64,000 nt of DNA from Oikopleura dioica. Its lineage: Eukaryota; Animalia; Chordata. Location of the stretch: contig OU015569.1 of the NCBI GenBank assembly GCA_907165135.1, positions 5,146,001 to 5,210,000 on the forward strand. Direction: 5' to 3'. The position numbers and the translations under genes are program-made. Positions 24,810 to 36,889 of the stretch are shown here, one piece after another; the stretch's first letter is position 1; each line of letters starts with the position of its first letter. The notes beneath the pieces are model-generated. The model had not been told where the DNA came from, made no database searches, and worked only from the letters and a program-made list of their open reading frames with translations.

Positions 24810-27800
24810 ATGCGCCAGAACGCATTGCCAAGCGCCGCTGATGCGGCTGATTTGCACGTAAATGCAACTTCTAACAGCTTTCGAAAAACTGAAATTCTCA
24901 AGAATGCCATTCAAGAAACAACAATGGCAGGTAGAGTAAAAATTATCGTAAAAGAATATTTTCGATATTCGCTTTTTGTTCAAATTTTAATCCTCAGTGG
25001 GCGAAAAATCGAACGTTTTGGATTCTAGGGCCTGCAAACTAGTGTTTATTCTGTTGTGGACTAATTCGCGCGACTATTTTCCATGTCGAGCTCTTGAATT
25101 TAATGAATTAGATTTATTTTGTAAAACAAATTTTCTTTTTCAACTTGAATTTGAACATTTATAATCGCGAACGGCACGTATTTGTATTGAGCGGTTGTAG
25201 TTAAATGAAATTAGGCGAGGGAGAAAAGAAGCCTCGCGCAGTGGTACTGAGTGGTTTCATGCGCTCTGGTTCATCCTTTGTCGGCGAGGCCTTCAACGTG
25301 CACCCGGAGGTGTTCTACATGTTCGAGCCACTCCACCCCTTTTATAACACTGCCAGGGTTCACACTAACGCCTAATTGTACTCAGTAAGTAAATTGCTGC
25401 CAAATTGGCTATTCAAATGAACCCTGAAAAAAGGCTGCAAAAGAGACACGAATGAGAAAAGAATAGCACACTTAGGAAGGAATTTTCAAAACACGATTTG
25501 ATAATCTTAAACCTACATTATCTATATCAAGAGCTAGGTCAACCTAAACTGTTCGTAAGATGGCGATAGCATCTATAAATCGGTATCCAACTGAGAGGGC
25601 ATTCCATCGGGCGCCCTCTTCTGACAGCGAAGTGCCATTTATACTGGGTGCCCTCTTGATAATTATCAAAAAACAGAAAAAAAGTTTTAATTGCCATAAA
25701 ATGAAATCTTGAACATTTCCAGAATTGTATTCAATATCCCATTGAGATTATTCTGTACTCGGTGAGAAATAAAATAAAAACGATTTAATCACTTTGAAAA
25801 CTCCCAAGAAAATTATCTTCGGTATGAAAAAATCATCCAATAAGAGCTAACAGGCTTCAGATGTAACTTCACTGATGTTATCGGAAGTGAACATAGCTAC
25901 AAACACTACAAGGATAGGACTCACTGGAAGATACTAGAAATGAGAGAGTAAGATTGAGAGTCAGAAAAAGGAGGCGAACGGTTGGGGGGTGAACGACGAA
26001 TTCGACCACCGCGGTAACTTCATCTTCCGCTACAAAAGCCACCGGCTGTGCAAGGTTCACGGGTTCACATTCCAAACAGAGAATCACGCATCCACGTGGC
26101 AGCTAAATTCCTAGTCTGCTCTCGCCTTTAAATAAACCAACGTTTTCTTCGAAAATTTCTTAATTCCTCTTTAGAAACCGAAAGAGTACAGATCAGCCAC
26201 AATATTTACCCCTTTTATCATAAAATGAAAATACGGGATCTCTGTAAAACCCAGTCTAAAGCCTCCGTTTTGCGCGTCAGACTTCTCCTTCGATGGGCTG
26301 GAAAGACTTTGCAGGTGAGTAGGCAATTCTGATTCTAAATGCCTTGACGGGAGAGAGAAGATACTGTTAGACAAGTTGGAATCGCTATTCTTTTGATAAG
26401 GTACCACTGCCGCCCTGTAAATGTGCAGCTGGCCCGCGAGATGTGTCTAGCTAGCATTCCCGTCGCCAAAGTTATACGACTGTGCGATCTAGAGCTCCTC
26501 AAGCCGATCCTCGAACACGTAGGTAATTTGAATTCTAAGTTCAAGCCTCTTAAAATAGTTTCTGTCGACCGTAACAACTCCAATTCTTTCTCCAGCTTTG
26601 GCTGTTCATTTTTTTAACGTGAAGATTTTGAATATGCAGCGTTATGATATTTTCTAAACGAGTTAAAAAGCGTTCCCAATTGCGTCCTCTTCAATCGTTA
26701 ACATTTTCCTTGCTGGTTGAGATGGTGTTTAGAGAAGATTTAGCTTTTCAAGTTGAGTTGCTGGAAGGATGCGCGTGTAAGGACTTTGATATTCTTTCAC
26801 GGCCGCAGCGGGCTTCTAACACTGTTTTTACAGCGCATGGTTCATCCAACAGACCTTCACTTTATATCCATGGGAAGTGTATTGCTTCCCTTTGCGTTAC
26901 ATAAGTATTACTCTAGAATTGATACTCCCCGTCGTGACGCTTGTTAATAGAAAGTCCATCCTATTGTGCAACGATCAAAAGACGGGGGCTATTTCCGGAA
27001 TTCCCAAAAATACAAGAGCAAAGTACTCCGGAGATGCAATTTCTAAAGGTGGATTTTTAGAACTAACAACTCTTATCAGAGCAACGCGTTGAGTCATAAA
27101 GACCTGCTTTCGTAAATATTTCAACGCTGCAAAAACAAGAGTTACACAAAAAGACGAAACTGAGATCAAGGCTTATTCATCGTTGTTGTTATTTTTGGTT
27201 AGCCTCTGTAGCTCACTTTTCGGTCAGAAGGTTGATTATATTTAGATCTGAAAGTCATCATGCTGGTGCGCGATCCCAGGTTCGTGCTCATTGCTTTCTG
27301 ATTTCCTCGTGAACACGTGTCGCTTACCTCTCGCTTAGGTCGATTTTGGCATCGAGGGCGGCGATTATGACAGATTCGTCTTACCAGGCGCGGCGCAATA
27401 TGAAAGTGCAGGACGAGGAACAACTCTTGGGCAACTTGAACAACGTCGTCTGCGCCAAATCGATGGAGAACGTTGCCGCGCTCAGAAAACACCCATGGCT
27501 TAGGTAAGCAGCTATTGGTATTCTGGCTAATTTGGACGGTGAAGGGCGCGCACGAAGATCTTGCGGTATGAAGACATGTCTTTTGCCACGAATGCCACGG
27601 CCGCCAGATTGTTACGTTACGCGGGACTCAACCAGTCACGGCTTTTTCCACTTACACTTCCTTTCAAGTCTAGATCCAGAATTTACGAAGTCCTTTTTTG
27701 ACGCCAACAAAAAATTTATATGAGAAATAATATTTTTGTGGTCGAAAAAACTAACGTGGAATTAATGAGTAGTTAGTACGAGGGGTATATTAATAGAGCT

Positions 27801-28519
27801 GTGTGGAAGCCAGAAAAAGACAAATGAGGTAGCAGAGTGGCTTGGCGACATTTACTACGACCAGATGGAGAGCGCAGAGAACGTGGGCCAGGAAACCGTT
27901 CAAAATGAATTTGAAGGGGCCGATTGCATTCGCTCCCTTTGTAAACACGCTCAGACCAATATTTCAATCAAGCGAACGTGCTCTCTCTATATCCTAACTG
28001 ATATCGGTTGACAAAGAGTGACGAGAAGGCGCTTGGCCCAATTGCGAAAGCGCTCGAGCATCCTGGACGATTCGCCACTTTTGGACGGAATACGTCGCTC
28101 ATTCCTTACAAATGGATGAAAACGCTCAACTACACGTACGTGTTTGAAAATGTCCTCTGGAGTATCCCGCAAGATAAATCGATAAAACAATACAATAAAA
28201 TAGTTAATTTAAGCTTTTAGCCGATTTTTACACACAAAATTCTGCCGTTTTTTAGGAAGACTTGGCTCTTTTAAGACTCCCTGCCAGGGAGTCCCTAACT
28301 GTTCGGCATCAATATGAACAATATATAAGTTATTCGAAAAGCGGCGAAAATAGTAAGAATCAATTATTCAACTTTCAATTCAGAACAATCGACAAAATCC
28401 AAAATCTCTGTAGTGAGTACATGGACCACTTTGGCTACGGAAAGATCGCTCAGCTACCAGCCGACCACAGTAACATCATTCGCCCTGTACAAAACACTGA
28501 ATACCTCCATTTTTTGTAA
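24810..28519 (+). CDS. Carbohydrate 6-O-sulfotransferase (CHST1/CHST3/GlcNAc6ST family)
   Basis: 5'-[27 protein letters not shown], 3'-[35 protein letters not shown]. The 5' end is uncertain. Confidence 0.85.
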
Positions 28520-28699
28520 TTTTCATATTTTATTCAAATACATTTTGTTGAAAAAGATCGTATTTACAGTAAATAGTTATCCACGCGCGAATCGAATCAG
28601 AAGCTTTCACACGGTCTGGGTCTTTATCTTTACAATATGTGTGGCGAGGTTTACGAGTCTGAAAGTTAAAGAAAGCAATAATACTTTACCAGATGAAAT

Positions 28700-30143
28700 T
28701 TAGAATTTCGGCTTTCTAGCGCGACCGAGATTTTTCGTGGTTTTCGCGTAAACGTTTTTGACGCGCTTGTCCCACTTGTAGTTCTTGCACTCGCCGATGT
28801 AGTAAGCAGCGTATTGGACGATAGGGCCATCTTCGGCGAGCCAGCCTTCGAGAGTGTGGTCTTCAGCGAGAATCTGCTTCAATTTCTGCGATGGTGGCTG
28901 CCAGTCTTCCATGTCTGAGCAGCTCTTGGATCCAAGAGGGCCCTGAATAGAAATAAAACACTGCAAACAAGGAGAAAGTGTTTTACCTTGATTGAAATGG
29001 CGTCTTCAAGCTTGCCTAGAAGATTGTTCAGGTGCTGAAGTTGGTTTTGCTTGACACGCACGGGAAGCGTTATCTGCGCTTGAATCAATGGGCGGATCTT
29101 GCCAGTAAGGAGATGGAGCACACCGGCTAATGTATCGAACTTCGTGTCTAAAGAAAGCATAGGTTTAGAGAGGTGAGAAAGTTGTGATCGAGTTACTATC
29201 TTCCAGACGATCGGATTCCATCGGCTCAGCAGCAACTGCCCACCAATTGAGTTTCCAGCCCTTGTGCACTTTCGTTTGATCAGCGTCCCATGCAACAGTT
29301 GCCTGGTTAAAGTATTTGCTTAATGAAAATGGTAGACTGTCTTACTTTGTTGCTCTTGATATCATAGGGTCTGTCCCAAAAGTCCATGTCCCCCTCGTTG
29401 TGATAGATTCGTCTCTTGCCATCCCATGGCAGCGGCTCGAAATTTTTGCGCGGACCGCAGAATCGCGCAATTTTTTCGAAATTTTTATTCGCTCCGAAAA
29501 GTCCCTTGAGAATGTGGACCTTGAGCGAGATAAAATAGCTGTTCACTTTTTAACGTGATTCTCTTTTCACTAGAATTTCGTCAATCAATTCGTTTTTCTA
29601 TTTTTCAACTCGTTCCTTGTCGAATCCGCAAAAGTTGTGGTATTCCACGTCGAAGCCGTACTCTCGATCGAATTGCATCTAAATTTGTCAAGCAAAAGAA
29701 TGCGGACTGTTTCTTACGTGGATGGTGTAGTTGTCGGGAACTCTAATGTGCCACATACAGGCTTGTCGGCGATCATATCTCGCATCGACATCCTCCCCGT
29801 TTCCGACGGTAATCGTTCCTTCTAGCTGTTTTTTGCCGCCGATTTCACCACCGCATTCTTTAATTAGAATGGTTAGGTAATTTGGTGCTCCCCAAGAATA
29901 AATATCTGAAATCTACTCACCGCATTTGTTGATGTCTCTGCAGAGAGGATTCTGCCAAAGAAAACGCATCAAGTTAGAGCGTTTCTGAGAGAGGTTGATT
30001 GAAGTTGAGCTTGCACGAGAACGAAGCCATTCCAGGCCTCCTTCATCGGCCTCGTCGGCGTTGGTGGCTGGGCTCGAGTCACCTCCGAGCTCGAATCGAG
30101 CAAAAACAAGCTGGAAAATCGAAAAGCTCGACAATAACTTCAT
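28700..30143 (-). CDS. Secreted CUB-domain protein with helical C-terminal domain (oikosin-like by inference)
   Basis: Signal MKLLSSFSIFQLVFA; CGGEI..CMWHIRVPDNYTIHMQF..CGFDKVHI..ARFCG..GWKLNW is a CUB domain. Confidence 0.8.
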
Positions 30144-30737
30144 CCTTTAACACGGTTCAAATACTAAGCACGGAGAGGCTTTATTAAATTTGAAAGTGCT
30201 GAACCGACCCTGAGAGAAAGTTGTTTTCTTTTTCGTGAAGTCGATGAAGTAGACTCTCTTTTTTCTGGTGGTGGCGGCGTCGGCTGTGGGACTGATTTGG
30301 ATACAGTTTCCGGCGCCACGGTTGCTTAAAGCTTCGTAAAGTTAATGTAGAGCGCCACCATAAATCGATAAGAGAGTGGAGCGCCCGCCGCGGACGCTGG
30401 CCCGCGCGAACCATCGACAACCTGCGAACGAAGCATTCCGCGATTCTTGTGATGCGCCGCTCAGTCGCCTAAATTTGCAACATAAATGTCTTAAGAATGT
30501 CTCTTTGGATTTCTCTCTTTTAAAATTGCTTCCGTAACTGACGTATCTTTTAATCTGTAAATTTATATTACGTTGTTTGTCCTATTTCCAAATGAAAAAA
30601 GTTTATTTGCCAAAGACACATGATTTCGGAGATAGCATATTTTCACCAGTTTTTTCTAGAGCCAGTATGTTATCAAATGATTTGTTTTTCAGGGGATGTA
30701 GATTTATAAGTGTGGAGAAAAGAGAAAGACAAATGCA

Positions 30738-33700
30738 ATGAAATCTATGATCGTGTCCTCCCTCTTGATTCTTTATCAAGTAAAAGCGACTTTTCTCAGC
30801 TGCAGCGAGTCAGTTTCAATATACGACCCCTTGAAATGTAGTTTAACAGGTAAACAAAAATTCGTATTGAGTGGTAAACTAATACATTAAAATTTAGACG
30901 CCAGTGCGAACGATGAATGGAAATTGAATTACTATCACAAAATTGACATCTACTTCACATGGAAAGACGTGACAGTCAGTTCCCCTTTAACTTGGAACAG
31001 TACAACCGACGAATTTGAAAATAACGAGCTTTTGGAGACTATTCTTAAGATTTGGAATAACAAATTTCATGAAATTTCACAAAGAAATGACTTTAAACAT
31101 CTATGCTTATCCCAATAAGCTAGCAGTTTCTGAAAACGATCTCCGTCCGTACTACCTTGGCGTTATCAAGAGCAAGAACTTGGGTCTCCAAGACAGGTAA
31201 CATCAAGAATATTTTTGTAGAAACAAAACTATTTTTTGAATATTGAAAAATATATATTCATTAATTTACTAAGTGGTATCAAAATTCTCGCTCATGATCC
31301 TTTGGCGCTGATCAGTGAGGAACTCAGTAAGGAATTCGGCACGACTTCTTTCGACCCGACAACTGAAGGAGTGGAACATAGGAGTTAGTGATAAATTTAA
31401 GCAAGAATTAATTCTCTTTTTATGTGCTTTGTGCAGATATTATTCTTTCAAAGGAAATTTATTTATCATAAAAGAGACTTATCGAACTGCCGTGCTCCTC
31501 GAACTCTAAAATGATGAAAACACTGGATGAGAGTAAACTTGGGCTGATTTGGGACACTCAGGAATGAATTTAACGATTTAAGACACGACATTAGATTTTT
31601 TTGTTCTAGTCCTTGAAATCTACAAAAGTCCGTGGTCTGGGTACCCCTTGGAACGAATACTCACTTTGCAGTTTCCACCGCTGGGCGAATAGTGAAACTA
31701 TCAGGCGGAAGCTGGCTTTCGAGTAACCCTCCTGGGAAAGAAGTCTTTAGGAAAATCAACCAAAATCAGATCGTAAGTGACACTCGTTGTAAACACATGT
31801 TCCTGTATTTTCGAGAGTACCAGAACAATCTTTACTAGCATTTTAATAGTCAGAAATTTTGATTCAAAAGCGCGAACTTCGTGTCAGACCTGAACTCCGA
31901 TAATTGTAAATTTTGAACATTAGTTATCAAATGCGAGAAACCTTTCAAGAATCTCTTCTGCAATGTGATCACTTATTTGTCTAGATCACGCTTGATTACA
32001 ATGTACTCACGACCCAGGGCTTGCCAAGCACTTCCAGCGATGTGGGCCTCTTCGGAAATATGCCTTTAAACTGCGACAGGGCGGGTTTTCGATTGCGCTT
32101 AGAAAACGATGATTGCTCACGTGATAGTAACCCTGAGTAGCAACGTGGATGCCTTCTACCTGGTGACGAACGACAAATTTATGCTGCTCACATTCACTAA
32201 CACGTCCGAAACGACATGGACCAGTGAACTGCTAGTAAGCGCATCAAGTTCTTGTCTATTCTTAATGAAATTCAAAGCGCAGCGCTCCAAAAGCGTTCTC
32301 ACTTTCACGTTACATCTCCAAAATATATAGCTTTTCTTTTTAGGACCAAACTTCGCTTCACCAAGAATTTGTCACCAGTGGAGCCTTTAATGGGGACACG
32401 GAAAGTGCTGGCTTCAAGGACTTTTACATCAACAAAAAATGTGAAGTCAGCAGTGTGGAAAGCCCCATCGGACGCAAAGCTAGGGTTCAAAATGTAAACA
32501 TGATTCTTATCATTCAAAGAAACTTTCGACGGCATGAATTTTCCAATATGAGTCCGGTTTAAGCAGAAGACCGTTTTTGAACCCTTGACCTTGGGGTGGA
32601 GCACGACTTTTTCGTTCTTCGATACGACGCAACCAACAACGATTTGTGTCTTCATCGGACTCATCTGTCATTCGAGACAAGTAGCACCGCATATAAATGT
32701 CATCGCTTCAGTGGAGCCATCACTACCTCTCTTCAAGATGAAACACTAAAGTTGGATTGCTTAGGAAAACACTGCGAGATCATGATTGTCTCTGGAAAAA
32801 ACATTTTACTGTATTCTCACGACGATGGCGATTCGTGGTCTGAATACGATTTTGAGCATGCGAGCTACTCTGATATTAATTCAAACGGATTTGATGTACT
32901 TTCTGTTGTTTCTGATAAGGGTGCTCAACTGATAAATTATAAAAATAATAACACTATAATATTTTACAAGCAGAAAAAGAAACAGCCTTTTACAGACCCG
33001 GTCAACGAGCGTCTGGCAGTACTTACGAATTGTCACCAAAATAACGTTAAAGTTGCGTGGCTGATTGTAGCCGAGTCAGACCCAACTCTTGAGGTAAGCT
33101 TTTCTTTTTGGTAGTGTCATACGCTGCACTAGTAAGACGAATTAACGAGTAATTTCTGGCAACTAGGCGCTGAATACGGATAGCGGCTTCTACGCACTTG
33201 TTTGGATGCAACCAAAAGAGGGTCAAAGCCGGCTTTATGGAATATTATCTGTGAACTCATCCCTCACGGAAATCGTGTTGGATCAAACTTGCGACCGACG
33301 TATTGGTAATTTCTTAGTCTTGAATTAATTTATTGAAACTTGTTTCAAGTTTATGATGGACCACAAGAGTTTCAGCTTGACAAGACGACCAAAGCTCACG
33401 TGTCCCTCATAATAAAGAGCGACAGCGGTGACTACTCATTTAATTTGACTACAACAGAAGAACAAGCCATTGACTACACGTACGATCTTAGAAATAACAG
33501 TGATGGTGGCATAGTGGTCGACTTTATTTTCGAAGCGAAGCAGAGTTCTGCACAGTCTGGTTTTGTCGTCACATCGGCATTCATCTACCTTAGCGACCCA
33601 CTTCCAAGTTGCAAGGAGCAGTCACTTGTGCTTACTTTCAACATCGATCCACCAGAGAGCTACATAACGATGGATTACTTTGCCTCTTTTCGCTTTTTGA

Positions 33701-36084
33701 TGGGCCACCACTGGATGAGGATGTACAACTCGTCAAGCGAGCGAATGAACGAAGACATCTCCAACTGGCGTAAAAATGGTGTGGGCCATGGGAGCAGTTT
33801 TCTTGATCAGCTGAAAAAGCGCCATAAAGAAGTCATGGACTTCCGAAATATAACGCTATCCGACGGATCCATAGCCCAGGTGCGAAATACGAACTGTTCA
33901 ACTAGAAACGGGTTGAATTCTTATACACTATCAGTAATAATTTTTGCTATACTCGTGAAATTATCAAAAGCAAATGATACCCGGAAGCAGAGCGTACCCG
34001 GAATCGTGGTGGGCACGTAGTTTTTTCTGGGACATAAACGACAAAAGCTGTCTGGAAATTCCAATGGTATTGCATCTCCCGGAGAATTACAGGTGGGATT
34101 AAGCGACTTCGTCACCTCTAGCCACTCCATAAGTTAGGCCGATCCTTTCATAATTCACTTACATGTTCTGATAGGGGCTTATTAACATCTTCCCGGAGCG
34201 TTTCAGGACAGTAGTCAAACTCACTCGGGAGACGACTTGGACTTGGTTGAAATTAAAAACTCACTTTTAGACCCCCGTCTAAGTTTGGCCGATCAATCAG
34301 TATAGACAATTCTGCGAAACTATATAACGTCAATATGGAGAACTGCGAGCCGTGGACAAACAACGAGGCTAGCCAAGACAAATCTTGTTTGAAATGTGTA
34401 CAGTTGTTCAGCGATGAACCGGGTCAACTCCAACCGACTTCCTTCTGGAATTATCTCTGGTCGTCAGGGCCGCCGAACATTTGTCCCCAAGAATCCGTTA
34501 CCAACATAGTCAGCCAGTATCAAGTCACCGACTCACTCAAAACAATTGGTATCGAGTCCGAAATGATTTCCGCCTCAAGTCTTGCTCTTGAAGATGGCGA
34601 GTATAGGGATGGGTGCGAGGCACTCAACAGATCGGTGAGATCTAAAAGCACTCTTTACATCTTTAATTTTGTTTTAGCCTTACGCTTTTGAAACGCCCGG
34701 TTGTCTAAAAGAAGTCTTATACATTTACCGAAACAATTCAGTAAGTGAACTCAGCCAAGTGAACTTTATCGTTCGCCTCGTTGCGTAAAAAGTCAACAGC
34801 TTCTATCGTCAGGTGGTATAGAAAGCAGGCTATTAGAGGCATCACATGAAGCCTTAAACTAACGTGATTGCATCTCCGCGAAGTCCTTATTTTCTCTGTC
34901 GATTGCCACGGCGTGGAAACTGTTCTGCGCATTTCTGGTCCAAACATTTGTAAACCGACAAAGGGCATCCTCATCCTAAGCAAATCTATTTCATAATCTC
35001 ACAAGTGCTATCCACTTCCGCAATTGTAAATTCTACTGTTAAGTTTATTTTCAGAACAGCGCGTTTTGCTTCAAGTTGGAATTGGTGAAAGAAGCTATTG
35101 GCAATGTGAAGGTGTCATTGTACGAGAAGAATGGACGCAGTCCAGATTTACAGGATTATTTCATTTTCGAGACCAACAATCCTGAACACGCTATTCCAAA
35201 GAAATATGTCGGCCACTGTAGACAGGTTTGATTAGTTATTCGAAATTGATCGGTTGAATTGAAAATAGGGGTCTACGTTGGACTATGAATACAGTGGAAA
35301 ACTTGCAGACGTTATCGATTCTGTAAATCATACCGAGGATCATCGCCATGATCAGCCCCTATTCATGGACGACATCTACATTGTCATACCCGAATATCGC
35401 AGTGGACTTTACCACTTCGTAGTCGACTTGGACTCCGAGTTTTCATTCAAGCAGTACGCAATCGAGTTTGGCTTTTTCATCGAAGAAGGAAAAGCCTTTG
35501 ACGCCTATGCTTCTATGATTATTACTGCTCTTGTGTTATTCAGTTGTAGCATTTTCGTGACAATAAGTAAGAAATATCAGTTACAAGCACGAGTCAATTA
35601 TCTATAGGATTCCGTCGATACTTGCCAACTCAAGAGAAGAAGAAAATGATTGTGGTACATGAAGAGGGAGACACTTCGGATGAAGAGGAGGGTGAAGCTG
35701 TTGGAGTCAGGACAATGTCCTTGAGGTAAACTAACTAACATTTTATCTGAACGTTTTTCCGTGGATCCTTTTTTCGATTCCTTAAATATTCAGTATGAAT
35801 CCCAACTTCGACTACACCATTAACGACTCCGATGAATCAGATGAATCTGATGACATGGCAGGATTTGGGGAAATCAAAATCCACCCAGCAGGTACGCTTT
35901 TCATTTATATTCTTACTCAATAATGCTTTTAGAAGATCAGCCTGAAACCGAAGCTGTCAAACCGACACCTAGAGCGACATTCCTTGGACAAAAAGTGGTG
36001 AAAGACCTGATCCGACGACGCTCTAGATTGGAGCTCGAGCGCGCTCAAGAAGCGGCAGAAAAGAAATTGCAAAATCAAAACTGA
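30738..36084 (+). CDS. Large type-I membrane protein resembling CatSper auxiliary subunits
   Basis: Signal MKSMIVSSLLILYQVKA; long beta-rich ectodomain with an Asp-box-like YSHDDGDSW; pre-TM SGLYHFVVDLDSEFSF..EFGFFIEE; one TM; acidic tail. Confidence 0.6.
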
Positions 36085-36406
36085 AAAATTCAATGTCTAC
36101 TGTATTCGTATTGATTATCCATTTAATAAAACTGCCTTTATCTCTGACAACCCGCCGTAAACAACGGTACTCTGGTGCTACGCGTGCATTGTTTATTTGC
36201 TCGTTTCGCTAGAAAACGCTTCTAATGAGGTTCAATAATAATTAAAATCGCTCTAAAAGAGCAACTAATGCTGCTTACTTCCGCTCCAGTTCAACTAAGC
36301 ACTTCCTTTTTGAAATGTCGAAATTTGAAAAGAAGAGATACTTTCGAGCCTTTTCGAAGTCTTTGCATTGAAAAGAACGAATAATTTTATTGAATGACAA
36401 AGAAAG

Positions 36407-36629
36407 TTACTGTCGGTATTCTCCGCCGAAAAAGATTGGGCCTTTGTCCAAGTCGGTTTTCACACCTCGGAGTAGCGCATTTAATCCAAATGGCTCATCC
36501 TGACGCTTCATCTAATAAATCTTAGATTTCCATAGTTTTGAAGGCTTATGTTATAAACTGAGCGAATCTTACCCATGAATTGAAGTTTGGTGCTGCCGCT
36601 GCATAAGTTAAAAAAAGATTGAACTTCAT
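36407..36629 (-). CDS. 53-aa secreted prepropeptide, 2 exons
   Basis: ATG 36629; GTAAG..TTAG intron 36512-36572; TAA 36407; AATAAA about 16 nt after the stop; TATA box upstream; product MKFNLFLTYAAAAPNFNSWMKRQDEPFGLNALLRGVKTDLDKGPIFFGGEYRQ. Confidence 0.7.
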
Positions 36630-36667
36630 TTCGATTTCTGGTTGATGTTGACTGCTCAAGCAAGCTC

Positions 36668-36676
36668 TTTTATATA
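36668..36676 (-). promoter_or_regulatory. TATA box of the prepropeptide gene
   Basis: TATATAAAA on the minus strand about 40 nt above the ATG, followed by an Inr-like CAGT. Confidence 0.55.
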
Positions 36677-36889
36677 GCGATTTAAAAAGCGGTCAGTCAG
36701 GAATTATTAATTATCCGGTATTTGGCAGCATATGTCGATTTGTTTGCTTGGAAAGAGTGCAAGATTTCGAGGACAATGCATTTAACTTGTTATTAGAAGG
36801 ATATTATCCTCCTTAGGAATCTTTAGACTTCGATTCAGACTCGCGCAAAGATCAACAATTCGGTTACATAGAAAAATATTAAATACAGT

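Noticed and set aside
30184-30420. 78-aa ORF upstream of the CUB gene
   Set aside because: The CUB gene has its own ATG and signal peptide at 30143. This ORF is probably 5' UTR or chance.
32305-32664. 119-aa minus-strand ORF
   Set aside because: It lies opposite coding exons of the CatSper-like gene and no splice or start context was found.
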